The notes under the pieces were generated by a model. It worked only from the letters and a program-made list of their open reading frames with translations. It was not told where the DNA came from and ran no database searches. From an uncultured Nitrosomonadales bacterium (lineage in GTDB: Bacteria > Pseudomonadota > Gammaproteobacteria > Burkholderiales > Methylophilaceae), in NCBI GenBank assembly GCA_913048465.1, contig CAJWVO010000006.1, positions 2,012 through 66,011 of the forward strand: DNA of 64,000 bases. Direction: 5' to 3'. Numbering within the stretch: the stretch's first letter is position 1; each line of letters starts with the position of its first letter. Positions 46,534 to 56,190 of this stretch are shown one piece after another. Both the position numbers and the translations under genes were made by a program.

Positions 46534-47392
46534 TAATCTCTACATTGGTCGATTTGCACCCAGTCCTTCCGGCAAGCTGCACATTGGCTCTTTTTTGAGT
46601 GCGATAACTAGTTACATTGATGCAAAACATAACAATGGGCTATGGAAACTAAGAATCGATGACATTGATTCTGAAAGGTCAAAAAAAATTTACTCAGAAA
46701 ACATAATTAAAATTTTAAAAGATTTTCTTTTAGACCCTGATGAGATCTATTATCAGACTGATCATCTGAATGATTATGTAAACTATCTAGATCGTATTCC
46801 AAAAGAAAAAACTTACTTTTGTGAATGTACCAGGAAAATTATTAGCACATTGCCTCAACACGACATCGGTGCAATTTATAATGGACGCTGTTTGAATAAA
46901 AATCTAAAGTACGGTGCGTTGAGGATGCAAATGAAAAAAATTAATTTTTCATTTGATGACCTAAACCTAGGTTTAATTAAATTGGATAAAACTCATGTGA
47001 GTGACTTTATAGTTAGAGGAAAAAACCAATTTGCCTATGTCTTTTGTTGTGTCATTGATGACTATTTGCAGGGAGTAAATACCATTGTAAGAGGTTCAGA
47101 CCTTGTGTTTCAAACATTTCAACAGCGCTATCTTCAAGAGCTTTTTTCATTTCCAACATTGTCTTATCTCCATCATCCTGTGCTGTATGACGGCAAAAGA
47201 AAAATTAGCAAAAGTGATCAAGATAAAGAAATCCATCCTGATAACCGCACTGAAATTTTAGTCAGTATGTTAAAGATACTGAACCAAAAAATTGCGCCTA
47301 ATATTAAGAGCTATAAATCTATTCTTGAACATGCGATTGAGAGCTGGGATATTAAAGCCATACCCAACTCCACAAGAATCAATCTATGTTAA
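46526..47392 (+). CDS. gluQ: Glutamyl-Q tRNA(Asp) synthetase
   Basis: GRFAPSPSGKLHIGS, LRIDDID, CECTR, VRGSDL, KISKS; 288 aa with no anticodon domain. Confidence 0.9.
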   Translation: MSDNLYIGRFAPSPSGKLHIGSFLSAITSYIDAKHNNGLWKLRIDDIDSERSKKIYSENIIKILKDFLLDPDEIYYQTDHLNDYVNYLDRIPKEKTYFCECTRKIISTLPQHDIGAIYNGRCLNKNLKYGALRMQMKKINFSFDDLNLGLIKLDKTHVSDFIVRGKNQFAYVFCCVIDDYLQGVNTIVRGSDLVFQTFQQRYLQELFSFPTLSYLHHPVLYDGKRKISKSDQDKEIHPDNRTEILVSMLKILNQKIAPNIKSYKSILEHAIESWDIKAIPNSTRINLC

Positions 47393-49458
47393 AAGTCTCG
47401 TATTAAAGTTACTCTTGCATTAAGTGGTCTAGCAACCATAATATTATTCACATTATGTCCAGCCCAGTAATATTCTTTATCTAATAAGTTCTCAATATTC
47501 AATTGAACGCGCGTTTTGTCATCAATTCTCGCAAAACCAGCTAAATCAACTCTGACCCAGCCAGGTATGGTAACGCTAGTGGAGGCTGTTGGAGTGGCTG
47601 CATACATATCGCTCCTGCCAATAATACCTGCTGCAACAGAATAAACTGAATCAATTTCATATTTATTCCATAAAGAAAATGTATGGCTAGCAGTATTTCC
47701 AAGTTTTGTACCTTTGGTGATTTGTGATGATCCCGAACCATGAGTTTTGGTAATTTCAGCATCAACATAATTAAAACCGCCCACTATAGAATACCTATCT
47801 GTTACCTGGCCATTGATTGTTGCCTCAACACCTCGCGACCGTTGTCCGTCTAGAATAATTTTCTTAGTATCATCATCTGGATCTGTAACTTGCATTCTTT
47901 CGCGATCTAATTGATATAACGCCATCGTTGCAAATAAGTTTGGATTAATAAAATATTTTGCACCGACTTCATAATTAATAAATTTCTCCGGACTTTTATT
48001 TGCATTGGAATTAGAAATTCCATCCAATTGATCACCATTTCGTGGCTGATAAGATGTACTGTAAGAGGCATAATATGAAAGATTGTCAGTTGGACTATAT
48101 ATATAACCTGCTCTGGAAGATGTCATATCATCGTCAATTGTAGTCTTAAATGAATCAACCACATTATTAAATTTTGTTTCATAGTCATCTTTTCTAAGTC
48201 CAAAGACTACTTTATGATGATCATTCAATTTAATTTGATCTTGAAAATATATTGAATGATAGGAAATATCAGTCTTTTTATCACGAGCGCGGGCACCACT
48301 GAAATCCCAATTAGACCCTCTTCGGTCATGAATGCTTACTGTTTGCGAATCATCTGTAATACGATAACGTCTATTATCCTGATTACCGATTTCTAATCCT
48401 GTTAATAAAGTGTGATCTAGGCCAGCAAAATTAAATTTCCAGGTAACGTCGGTCTGATTAAAAAAGTTTTGTCTTTGTGTATTGTCGTGATAAGCCTTTA
48501 GCTTAAAAGTATCTGATGAGGAAACCGATCCACCGGCATAAACATTCTGATAGAACTTATCATAATCAGTGTATCGGGTCATATTCTTAATTTTTACTTT
48601 CGGTGAAAATACATGCTCTATATCAATAAAGGTTGAATTTACCTTAACCTCGTTTGGACTCATGCCTGGTACACCATAATAATGACTTCTATTTCCACTG
48701 TAAGGCCGACCATTTTGAGATGGGACGCCTCGATATCCAATTCGCTCATCATGAAAGTATTCTCGACCAAATCGGATGACAGTGTCATCACTTGCTTTGT
48801 AGGTAAAAACTGGGTTTATGGCTTGTTTCTCAAAATTAACCTGCTCTATGAAAGAACCGCTTTTGTGTGCAAGAAGGTTTAATCTCACCGCAAGATTATC
48901 GGTCAACTGATGGTTAATATCAAATGTGGCCCTTTTGTTATCAAACGACCCGAGTTGTAGGCCTATGGAGCTAAAATTTCCAAATTGAGCTTGTTTACTT
49001 ACCCTGTTAACAACTCCTCCAATACCTCCCTTACCAAAGAGTATGCCATTGGCACCCATCAAAACATCTACACGTTCGATGTTATAAAGATCACGGAAGT
49101 ATTGCGCATCATCTCTAATTCCATCGATGTATAAATCGGAGGTTGTTTTATTCCCCCTCATAATTAATGCATCTCGATTACCTTCACCAGAGTCAAGCTG
49201 AACACCAGGCGCATAATCAATGGCCCGCCCCAAGTCAGTAGATTGTTGATCTTGAAGTTGTTTTTGATTAATAACATGAACTGTTTGTGGGAGATCAATT
49301 AGCGGCGTATCAGTCTTGGTCGCTGAACTACTAGAGCTGTTTACGTAGTCTTCTAGTGGCGCGGTTACATCAATGCCAGAAAGGTCTAAATCGTTAGCAA
49401 AAGCTACATGTGTTGTTAAAGCTAAACTAACTGCTGTTATTAGTTTGTTATTTTTCAT
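47389..49458 (-). CDS. TonB-dependent (siderophore-type) outer-membrane receptor
   Basis: Signal peptide, SATKTDTPLIDLPQTV plug, DGIRD..YFRDLYNIERVDV, NIENLLDKEY, terminal Phe; Fur-like boxes upstream. Confidence 0.92.
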   Translation of the reverse strand: MKNNKLITAVSLALTTHVAFANDLDLSGIDVTAPLEDYVNSSSSSATKTDTPLIDLPQTVHVINQKQLQDQQSTDLGRAIDYAPGVQLDSGEGNRDALIMRGNKTTSDLYIDGIRDDAQYFRDLYNIERVDVLMGANGILFGKGGIGGVVNRVSKQAQFGNFSSIGLQLGSFDNKRATFDINHQLTDNLAVRLNLLAHKSGSFIEQVNFEKQAINPVFTYKASDDTVIRFGREYFHDERIGYRGVPSQNGRPYSGNRSHYYGVPGMSPNEVKVNSTFIDIEHVFSPKVKIKNMTRYTDYDKFYQNVYAGGSVSSSDTFKLKAYHDNTQRQNFFNQTDVTWKFNFAGLDHTLLTGLEIGNQDNRRYRITDDSQTVSIHDRRGSNWDFSGARARDKKTDISYHSIYFQDQIKLNDHHKVVFGLRKDDYETKFNNVVDSFKTTIDDDMTSSRAGYIYSPTDNLSYYASYSTSYQPRNGDQLDGISNSNANKSPEKFINYEVGAKYFINPNLFATMALYQLDRERMQVTDPDDDTKKIILDGQRSRGVEATINGQVTDRYSIVGGFNYVDAEITKTHGSGSSQITKGTKLGNTASHTFSLWNKYEIDSVYSVAAGIIGRSDMYAATPTASTSVTIPGWVRVDLAGFARIDDKTRVQLNIENLLDKEYYWAGHNVNNIMVARPLNARVTLIRDF

Positions 49459-49480
49459 ATATTAATATCTTTTCTTTGTA

Positions 49481-49521
49481 AATGAGAATCATTCTCATTA
49501 TAGATGAGAATGATTCTCATT
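49481..49521. promoter_or_regulatory. Two Fur-like boxes forming a perfect inverted repeat
   Basis: AATGAGAATCATTCTCATT (49481-49499) and GATGAGAATGATTCTCATT (49503-49521), each palindromic and resembling the Fur consensus GATAATGATAATCATTATC. Confidence 0.85.
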
Positions 49522-49548
49522 ACAAGTAAAATATTAAATTATTTATCT

Positions 49549-49557
49549 TGGTATAAT
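49549..49557 (+). promoter_or_regulatory. Extended -10 element 6 nt before the hslO ATG (candidate leaderless promoter)
   Basis: TGgTATAAT-ctgacg-ATG, no SD. Confidence 0.6.
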
Positions 49558-49563
49558 CTGACG

Positions 49564-50409
49564 ATGAAAACAGACCTTATTACCAGATTTATCATTAATA
49601 ACTCCACTATTCGAGGCAATATTATTTGTATAAAAAACAGTTTAGCCCAATTAAAAAAATCTTTAGTAATACCAGAACAGATAGCTTCCTCATTTAATCA
49701 AATCGTCACAGTGTGTCCGATGCTGGCCGCAACGCTAAAGTTTGAAGGCGGTCTAATTTTACAAATACAGGGGAAAAAATCCTTAAAACTAATCATCGCA
49801 GAGTCCGATAATGATTTTAAAATCCGTGGCACCATTAAGCTTGCAGAAAAAACTAAAGATACTTTTCAGGATTTGATTCGAGATGCCATTGTCGCGCTAA
49901 CTGTAATACACAAAGATCAAAAAACACCCTACCAGGGAATTATCGAAGTGGGATCAGGCGAGATCAAGGCCATGATTGAACATTACCTAACTCAATCCAT
50001 GCAGATTAAAAGTAAAGTATTTTTTCACCAAACAAACACAGAAAGTTTTGGTGTTTTATTTCAAGAGCTTCCGCATGAAAATGAAGAGCAAAAATTAATA
50101 ACAGAGTCTCTGTGGAATGATATTGATCTTATTAAGTCGGATACTTTATCTAATGGACCTGAGCATTTTTTAAAAAATATTTTTAACCAAAATGATGTTC
50201 AAATATTTGAAGAACACCCTGTTGAACATGAATGCTCATGCAATCAGGAGAAAATCTATAAAACGATAAGCTTAATCCAGGAGAATGAAATCTACTCCTC
50301 AATAAAAAATGATTGCATCGAAATGGTCTGCGAATATTGTCAAAAAAAATATACCGTCACCAAAGAAGAGATTGATATTATTTTTAATAAAACTCAACGA
50401 TTAAATTGA
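49564..50409 (+). CDS. hslO: Hsp33 redox-regulated chaperone
   Basis: LAATLKFEG..ILQIQG, YQGII, C-terminal CSC...CEYC zinc motif; start moved to ATG 49564. Confidence 0.92.
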   Translation: MKTDLITRFIINNSTIRGNIICIKNSLAQLKKSLVIPEQIASSFNQIVTVCPMLAATLKFEGGLILQIQGKKSLKLIIAESDNDFKIRGTIKLAEKTKDTFQDLIRDAIVALTVIHKDQKTPYQGIIEVGSGEIKAMIEHYLTQSMQIKSKVFFHQTNTESFGVLFQELPHENEEQKLITESLWNDIDLIKSDTLSNGPEHFLKNIFNQNDVQIFEEHPVEHECSCNQEKIYKTISLIQENEIYSSIKNDCIEMVCEYCQKKYTVTKEEIDIIFNKTQRLN

Positions 50410-51167
50410 TTTAAAAATTGGTAGCCAATTATCGCTGCCGATACTGCCACATTTAACGACTCCACGTTATTCATCATCGGTAATGATATTTCGTCATGCG
50501 CGATATTTTTTAGGTTGGTTGTAATTCCTTGCCCTTCGCTCCCTAAAATTAGTATCGTCCTATTGGCAAAGTTATAATCAAAAACACTTTGTCCATTCAA
50601 GTCTGCAACAACAAAAGAAAATCCATGCGAAATAAGATTACTTATATCGACGTTTTGGTAAATTGGTAGCTGAAACTGAAACCCTTGGCTCGCTCTTAAG
50701 GTTTTTGGTGACCAGGGGTCAGCGCATTGTTCTGATAAAAAAATTCCTTTATGTCCCAGGGCTTGCGAGGTTCTCAAGATGGTTCCAAGGTTCCCTGGAT
50801 CCTGCACTTTATCCAAAAAAAGATACATGCCATCATGAAAGTGATTTGGGTATGTGTCATGTTCAGGAATCTCAATTAACGCAAGGATGCCTAATGGTGT
50901 TTTTAATTCAGATACATCATTAAAAAAATTATCGGGCAGGATATAAATTCTCTCCTCCCATCCCTTTTTGCAATATTCCGGATAATTTTTATTAAATGAT
51001 TCTGAACAAAATAATGCTAAAAAATCATTTTTTTCATTTAGATAGGCTTCCACTAGGTGTGGCCCTTCAATAATTGTTAGATTATTTTCTAGCCTGTATG
51101 ATTTATTCTGTTGAACCTTTCTGAGCTCCTTTAGGCGTGAATTATCTTTGGAAGTTATATATTGCAT
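50394..51167 (-). CDS. TrmH/SpoU-family RNA methyltransferase
   Basis: VQDPGNLGTILRT, ILGSEGQG, VESLNVAVSAAI. Confidence 0.93.
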   Translation of the reverse strand: MQYITSKDNSRLKELRKVQQNKSYRLENNLTIIEGPHLVEAYLNEKNDFLALFCSESFNKNYPEYCKKGWEERIYILPDNFFNDVSELKTPLGILALIEIPEHDTYPNHFHDGMYLFLDKVQDPGNLGTILRTSQALGHKGIFLSEQCADPWSPKTLRASQGFQFQLPIYQNVDISNLISHGFSFVVADLNGQSVFDYNFANRTILILGSEGQGITTNLKNIAHDEISLPMMNNVESLNVAVSAAIIGYQFLNQFNR

Positions 51168-51177
51168 ATTCTCAATA

Positions 51178-52029
51178 TTAGTAATTAATATTTTTTACCT
51201 CAAAACCCTTGTCTTTCAGAAAGCTCAAAACACCAGAGTGGCCACTTAAATGAGATGCACCAATTGCTACAAATATATTATCTTGTTTCATTGCTTCGTA
51301 GATTTGTTGATTAAAGATATGATTTCTATCGATTAAAATTTTTTGTTTAATTTTATTCCATAAATTCTCACTCATGATTTCAGATGTCATAGACTCATTC
51401 GTATTCATAATGAGATCTAAATCACCATCCATGTATACCTGGATCAACTTTTCATAATTTTTTTCTTTGATTTCCATTGGGGTCATTAACGAATTTTTTA
51501 ATAACAAAATTTGTTCTTCCTTAGTCAAAAAATCCAATGCAGAAAAATGATCACTGGTTGACATCAGACCTCGGGTGAGGATTCCAGAGTCTTCAGCATA
51601 TCGTTTTAATAAATTGTCCTGATTGAATGGTGTTGCAGGCCTTGGGGAGTCTAATATAAATGCCAGTAACCACGGTTTCATTTTAGTAATTCGATCAAAA
51701 AACATCACGTGATAATCAGATAACTGTTTTAAGCTATCAAGCTCATCCTCATTGAGCTGATCGATAAAGTTAATGTCAGTCTGAATATTCTTTGGATCGG
51801 AGAGTTCATCCGTTTCCATCAAAAAAAGGTTAGAGTTTTTGATAGATGCTAATAAATTTTCATTGAAAGAGGTTACCCTAATGTCATCAGAATGAAAGGT
51901 GCCAAAAACAAAGTGTATTTTTCCTTCATGATCAGTCACTTCATAAAGTGTGGTTTTTGCAAAAACTTGACTGCTGACAAACCAAATAAGTACAAATAAG
52001 AGTTTGAAAAATAATTTAAATAGTTTCAT
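51178..52029 (-). CDS. TraB/GumN (Tiki-like) family exported protein
   Basis: Signal peptide, VFGTFH, MKPW, DRNHIF, FVAIGASHL. Confidence 0.85.
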   Translation of the reverse strand: MKLFKLFFKLLFVLIWFVSSQVFAKTTLYEVTDHEGKIHFVFGTFHSDDIRVTSFNENLLASIKNSNLFLMETDELSDPKNIQTDINFIDQLNEDELDSLKQLSDYHVMFFDRITKMKPWLLAFILDSPRPATPFNQDNLLKRYAEDSGILTRGLMSTSDHFSALDFLTKEEQILLLKNSLMTPMEIKEKNYEKLIQVYMDGDLDLIMNTNESMTSEIMSENLWNKIKQKILIDRNHIFNQQIYEAMKQDNIFVAIGASHLSGHSGVLSFLKDKGFEVKNINY

Positions 52030-52047
52030 TCATTTATTATAAACATC
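52030..52047. promoter_or_regulatory. Candidate bidirectional promoter with overlapping -10 elements
   Basis: Minus TATAAT (52041-52036) 6 nt from ATG 52029; plus TATTAT (52035-52040) 7 nt from ATG 52048. Confidence 0.55.
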
Positions 52048-52698
52048 ATGGAGAATAAAATTTTATTAATTAGAGAGCCATCTGATTTTAATGATATTAA
52101 TTTTTCCAATATTTCAGACGATGGCCTCGTCGGTATATCTGCTGAATTAAATATCGACCTTATTCTTTCATCATATAAATTAGGAATCTTTCCTTGGTTT
52201 AATGAAAATGAGCCCATCCTGTGGTGGTCACCAAATCCTCGGCAGGTATTATTTATTGATAAATACAAACCATCTAAATCATTACTCAAAGAAATAAAAA
52301 AAAATAAATTCATATTTGAAATTAATAAAAATTTTCCTGCAGTCATTCGTGATTGTAAAAGAGTGCAGAGAAACCAGGCCGGAACGTGGATAGATGCAAG
52401 AATTATTGATAACTATACAAGACTTCACCAAATCGGACATGCCCATTCTTTTGAGATATACAATATGGAGAATAGTCTAGTCGGTGGAATATATGGAATA
52501 CTCACCAAGAATGTTTTTTTTGGTGAATCAATGTTCCATCTTGAAAATAATGCATCTAAAGTTTGTTTTTATTTTTTATGCAAATGGCTGAAAGAAAAAG
52601 GGGTTAGAGTCATTGATGCCCAAGTCCAATCCGAGCATATTTCTCAATGGGGTGGTGAGCTCATATCAAGAGATAAATTTATGGATATAATAATGTGA
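52048..52698 (+). CDS. aat: Leucyl/phenylalanyl-tRNA--protein transferase
   Basis: GIFPWF..PILWWSPNPR, GHAHSFE, FFGESMF, NASK. Confidence 0.96.
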   Translation: MENKILLIREPSDFNDINFSNISDDGLVGISAELNIDLILSSYKLGIFPWFNENEPILWWSPNPRQVLFIDKYKPSKSLLKEIKKNKFIFEINKNFPAVIRDCKRVQRNQAGTWIDARIIDNYTRLHQIGHAHSFEIYNMENSLVGGIYGILTKNVFFGESMFHLENNASKVCFYFLCKWLKEKGVRVIDAQVQSEHISQWGGELISRDKFMDIIM

Positions 52699-53423
52699 TG
52701 AGCATTCCAGAGAATAAAGAATTCAAAAAAATTCAATTTTATCTAACTGCAAACTATAATTGTGGTTACTTGGCGGAAAAAAAAGCACAATCCATCGTTG
52801 CCTCACCTTACCAAAATGTTAATCAAAATGAATTTGATAATCTCATCACAATTGGTTTTAGAAGAAGTGGAAATCACGTTTATAAGCCCCACTGTCACAA
52901 TTGTGAAGCTTGCACACCTATTCGATTAGATGTTAATCGATTCAAACGAAGTAGAACTCAGGACAGATGTTATAAAAAAAACAATCTAATAGTGGTTGAA
53001 GAAGACCTAGATTTTCTTGAAGAAGACTTCCTCCTGTACTCAAAGTATCAAAAGATACGTCACAATGACCTATCCTCCTCCCCTGAGGATCAAAGAGAGG
53101 AATATAAGAACTTTCTTCTAACCAGCAATTTCATCTCAAAAAAAATCAAGTTCTATCATAATGACAAATTACTTATGGTGAGCATAGTGGATTATCTCAA
53201 TGATGGCATCTCTGCAGTCTATACTTTTTACGATCGAAATTACTTGAAGCTTAGTTTAGGGACATACTCAATACTTTGGCTCATTGAAAAATGTAAGAGG
53301 GGGAACTTGCCTTATCTTTATTTAGGATACTGGATCAAGGAAAATGATAAAATGAATTATAAAACTAAGTTTAAGCCGTTTGAGCTTTTTGAAGATAAAC
53401 AGTGGAAAATTTTTAATGAATAA
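52698..53423 (+). CDS. bpt: Aspartate/glutamate leucyltransferase (bacterial Ate/Bpt family)
   Basis: CGYL, GFRRSG..YKPHCHNCEAC, SAVYTFYD, SLGTYSILW, YLYLGYWI. Confidence 0.9.
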   Translation: MSIPENKEFKKIQFYLTANYNCGYLAEKKAQSIVASPYQNVNQNEFDNLITIGFRRSGNHVYKPHCHNCEACTPIRLDVNRFKRSRTQDRCYKKNNLIVVEEDLDFLEEDFLLYSKYQKIRHNDLSSSPEDQREEYKNFLLTSNFISKKIKFYHNDKLLMVSIVDYLNDGISAVYTFYDRNYLKLSLGTYSILWLIEKCKRGNLPYLYLGYWIKENDKMNYKTKFKPFELFEDKQWKIFNE

Positions 53424-54261
53424 AATTTGTATTATTGGTCTTGGGCTGCTTGGTGGATCTATTGGCAAGGAATGTATTTCAAAAAATTTAGCAAAACAGG
53501 TGGTAGGTTTCGGTCGAAACAGCGATTCATTAAAAAAGGCAAAGCAATTAGGCCTGGTGCATGAAATTTCAGAAAGTTTTGAGGATTTAAATCAAGCCGA
53601 TTTAATTATCATTGCGACACCTGTTAAGCAATACAGCACAATATTTAAAAAAATAAACCCATTTTTATCCCCCACTACATTAATTACTGATGTGGGAAGT
53701 ACCAAAAAAAATGTAATTAATGACGCAAATTGCTTCCTTGATGGCCACTATGCAAAATTTATTGGCTCCCATCCTATCGCCGGTTCAGAAAAACATGGTC
53801 CGGAAGCGGCTCAACTTAGGCTTTTTAAAAATAAAAATATCATCATCACACCACATGAAAAAAACAATAAAGAGGATATCGATTTTATTAGTAATTTTTG
53901 GAATTCATTGGATGGTACATCATTAATCATGGATGCTGTGAGCCATGATGAAATTTTTTCAACAGTAAGCCATCTTCCTCATGCTCTAGCAATGATCTTT
54001 ATGGGTATGTTAAATAGCAAAAATAATAAGGATGAGTTGTTAAGATTCGCGGCCAGTGGCTTTCGTGACTTTACAAGAATTGCTGCAAGCTCCCCAGAGA
54101 TGTGGAAAGACATCTTTATTGATAATAAAGAAGCATGTTTAAAAGATTTAAATGAATTTAAAAAACAGATAGAGAAATTTGAATCTGTCGTTGTTAATGA
54201 GGAAGATTTGGAGAAATATATTCAATATGCAAGCACTTTAAGAAGTAACTGGAATGAATAA
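53416..54261 (+). CDS. tyrA: Prephenate/arogenate dehydrogenase
   Basis: IIGLGLLGGS, TDVGSTK, HPIAGSE, SHLPH, GFRDFTRIAASSPEMW; likely ATG 53416. Confidence 0.94.
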   Translation: MNKICIIGLGLLGGSIGKECISKNLAKQVVGFGRNSDSLKKAKQLGLVHEISESFEDLNQADLIIIATPVKQYSTIFKKINPFLSPTTLITDVGSTKKNVINDANCFLDGHYAKFIGSHPIAGSEKHGPEAAQLRLFKNKNIIITPHEKNNKEDIDFISNFWNSLDGTSLIMDAVSHDEIFSTVSHLPHALAMIFMGMLNSKNNKDELLRFAASGFRDFTRIAASSPEMWKDIFIDNKEACLKDLNEFKKQIEKFESVVVNEEDLEKYIQYASTLRSNWNE

Positions 54262-55552
54262 AAATCTGTCTCTTAAATTAGCTCCAAAATCAAAAATTGA
54301 TGGAGTGATAAAGCCACCTGGATCAAAAAGTATTACCAATAGATTGCTTCTTCTTAGCAGTCTTTGTAATCAAAGTATTTCATTGACTAATCATCTCATC
54401 TCAGATGATTCAAAATATATGATTAAAGCTCTCAAAGACTTGGGAGTTTCAATAAGTTCAGACACGAAAGACAAGATTACAATATTAGGAGATCCAAAAA
54501 AATTCAATAATTCCGCTGATCTTTTTCTTGGAAATGCCGGTACGGCATATAGGCCACTTTGTGCTTTATTGTCTATTTTGGGTGGAAATTATCGCCTTGA
54601 TGGTGTTGAAAGAATGCATGAAAGACCCATCAAAGATTTAGTCGACAGCTTATCAAGTATTGGTGCAGATATAAAATATCTTAAAAATGTAGGGTTTCCT
54701 CCCGTTCAGGTTTCTGATTTTAAATTTAATGGCACAACAAATATATCCATCAAAGGTAATGTCTCTAGTCAATTCCTTACCAGTCTTCTGATGGCTGTTC
54801 CTCTCATAGGGCAAGATTTTAAATTAAATATAGATGGAGAACTGATTTCAAAACCTTACATTGACATCACAATAAAGCTGCTCAAGCTATTCAATGTCAA
54901 TTATATTAATCACAATTACTCAATTTTTGAATTCAATTGCAATAACAATCCAAAGTTGTATTCATTAGATAATGAATTAATAGATATTGAGCCCGATGCA
55001 TCTTCTGCTAGCTATTTCTTTGCGGCTGCAACAATAAGCGGTAAAGTAAGGGTCGAAGGTCTTAGTAAAGAATCCATTCAAGGTGATATTCAATTCTTGA
55101 AAGTTCTGGAGAAAATGGGTGCTGATATTACTTACAATAATGATTCAATCGATGTGAGAAAAGCCAATACTCTAGTCGGAGGTCAATTTGATTGTATTGC
55201 GATACCAGATGCGGCCATGACGCTGGCTGCGATGGGATTGTTTACCAGCTCACCAGTGGAGTTATTTAACATAAATAGCTGGAAGGTTAAAGAAACAGAT
55301 CGAATTGTAGCTATGGAAAATGAGCTAAGGAAATTTGGAGCAACTGTGACATCTACGGACAATTCATTAAAGATAGTTCCTCCCACGAACATTATAGACA
55401 ATGTCTCCGTGCAAACTTATGATGATCATAGGATAGCAATGTGTTTTTCACTTGCTTGTTTAGCAAATAACTCTGTTGAAATTCAAGATCCAGAGTGTGT
55501 TAATAAAACCTATCCTAATTACTTTAATGATTTTTTGAAATTATTATCATGA
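54254..55552 (+). CDS. aroA: 3-phosphoshikimate 1-carboxyvinyltransferase
   Basis: PGSKSITNR, GNAGTAYR, SSQF, KETDRI, DDHRIAM. Confidence 0.98.
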   Translation: MNKNLSLKLAPKSKIDGVIKPPGSKSITNRLLLLSSLCNQSISLTNHLISDDSKYMIKALKDLGVSISSDTKDKITILGDPKKFNNSADLFLGNAGTAYRPLCALLSILGGNYRLDGVERMHERPIKDLVDSLSSIGADIKYLKNVGFPPVQVSDFKFNGTTNISIKGNVSSQFLTSLLMAVPLIGQDFKLNIDGELISKPYIDITIKLLKLFNVNYINHNYSIFEFNCNNNPKLYSLDNELIDIEPDASSASYFFAAATISGKVRVEGLSKESIQGDIQFLKVLEKMGADITYNNDSIDVRKANTLVGGQFDCIAIPDAAMTLAAMGLFTSSPVELFNINSWKVKETDRIVAMENELRKFGATVTSTDNSLKIVPPTNIIDNVSVQTYDDHRIAMCFSLACLANNSVEIQDPECVNKTYPNYFNDFLKLLS

Positions 55553-56187
55553 ACCTCATAACTATTGATGGTCCTGCAGGATCAGGTAAAGGAACTATTG
55601 CAAAGCAATTATCACAAGAATTAAAGTTAAACTATTTAGATTCTGGAGCCATTTATAGAATTCTAGGATTTCATCTGAAGGAAAATAATATTCCAATTGA
55701 AAATGATGCATTAGTAAAAGAAGATATCCAAAAAGCAAAAATTCAATTTATAGAAGACATAATTTTTTTAAATGATCGAGATGTAACTGATGCCATTAGA
55801 ACAGAGTCTATTGCTAAAATTGCTTCATTAATTGCCGCCAACAAGTCTGTCAGAGAAAGTATTCTAGATTTACAAAGATCATTCTTAAAAAAACCTGGGT
55901 TAGTCGCCGAGGGTAGAGATATGGGAACTGTTGTATTCCCAGAAGCGAAATATAAGTTTTTTCTTACAGCAACTGTTGAAGAAAGAGCTAGTCGTAGATA
56001 TAAACAGTTGATTTCTAAAGGTTTTGATGTTAGCATAGCCGACCTTGTAGTTGAAATACAAGAACGAGATTTTCGTGATACCAATAGAACTATATCACCA
56101 TTAGTTCCTGCAGCTAACGCAGTTATTATTGATACAACTGAATTATCTCCTAGCCAGGTTATTGAATTTATACTTGGTGATATTTGA
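55549..56187 (+). CDS. cmk: Cytidylate kinase
   Basis: IDGPAGSGKGT, LDSGAIYR, EGRDMGTVVFP. Confidence 0.98.
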   Translation: MNLITIDGPAGSGKGTIAKQLSQELKLNYLDSGAIYRILGFHLKENNIPIENDALVKEDIQKAKIQFIEDIIFLNDRDVTDAIRTESIAKIASLIAANKSVRESILDLQRSFLKKPGLVAEGRDMGTVVFPEAKYKFFLTATVEERASRRYKQLISKGFDVSIADLVVEIQERDFRDTNRTISPLVPAANAVIIDTTELSPSQVIEFILGDI

Positions 56188-56190
56188 GTT

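Noticed and set aside
49477-49524. Inverted repeat as a terminator, MITE end or CRISPR repeat
   Set aside because: AT-rich, located between divergent starts, single occurrence, no spacers or transposase; fits Fur boxes better
49504-49563. N-terminal extension of hslO in the ORF track
   Set aside because: Starts inside the Fur-like box and spans the -10 element; Hsp33-like sequence begins at ATG 49564
52026-52346. 106-aa minus-strand ORF
   Set aside because: Antisense to aat, no recognisable motifs
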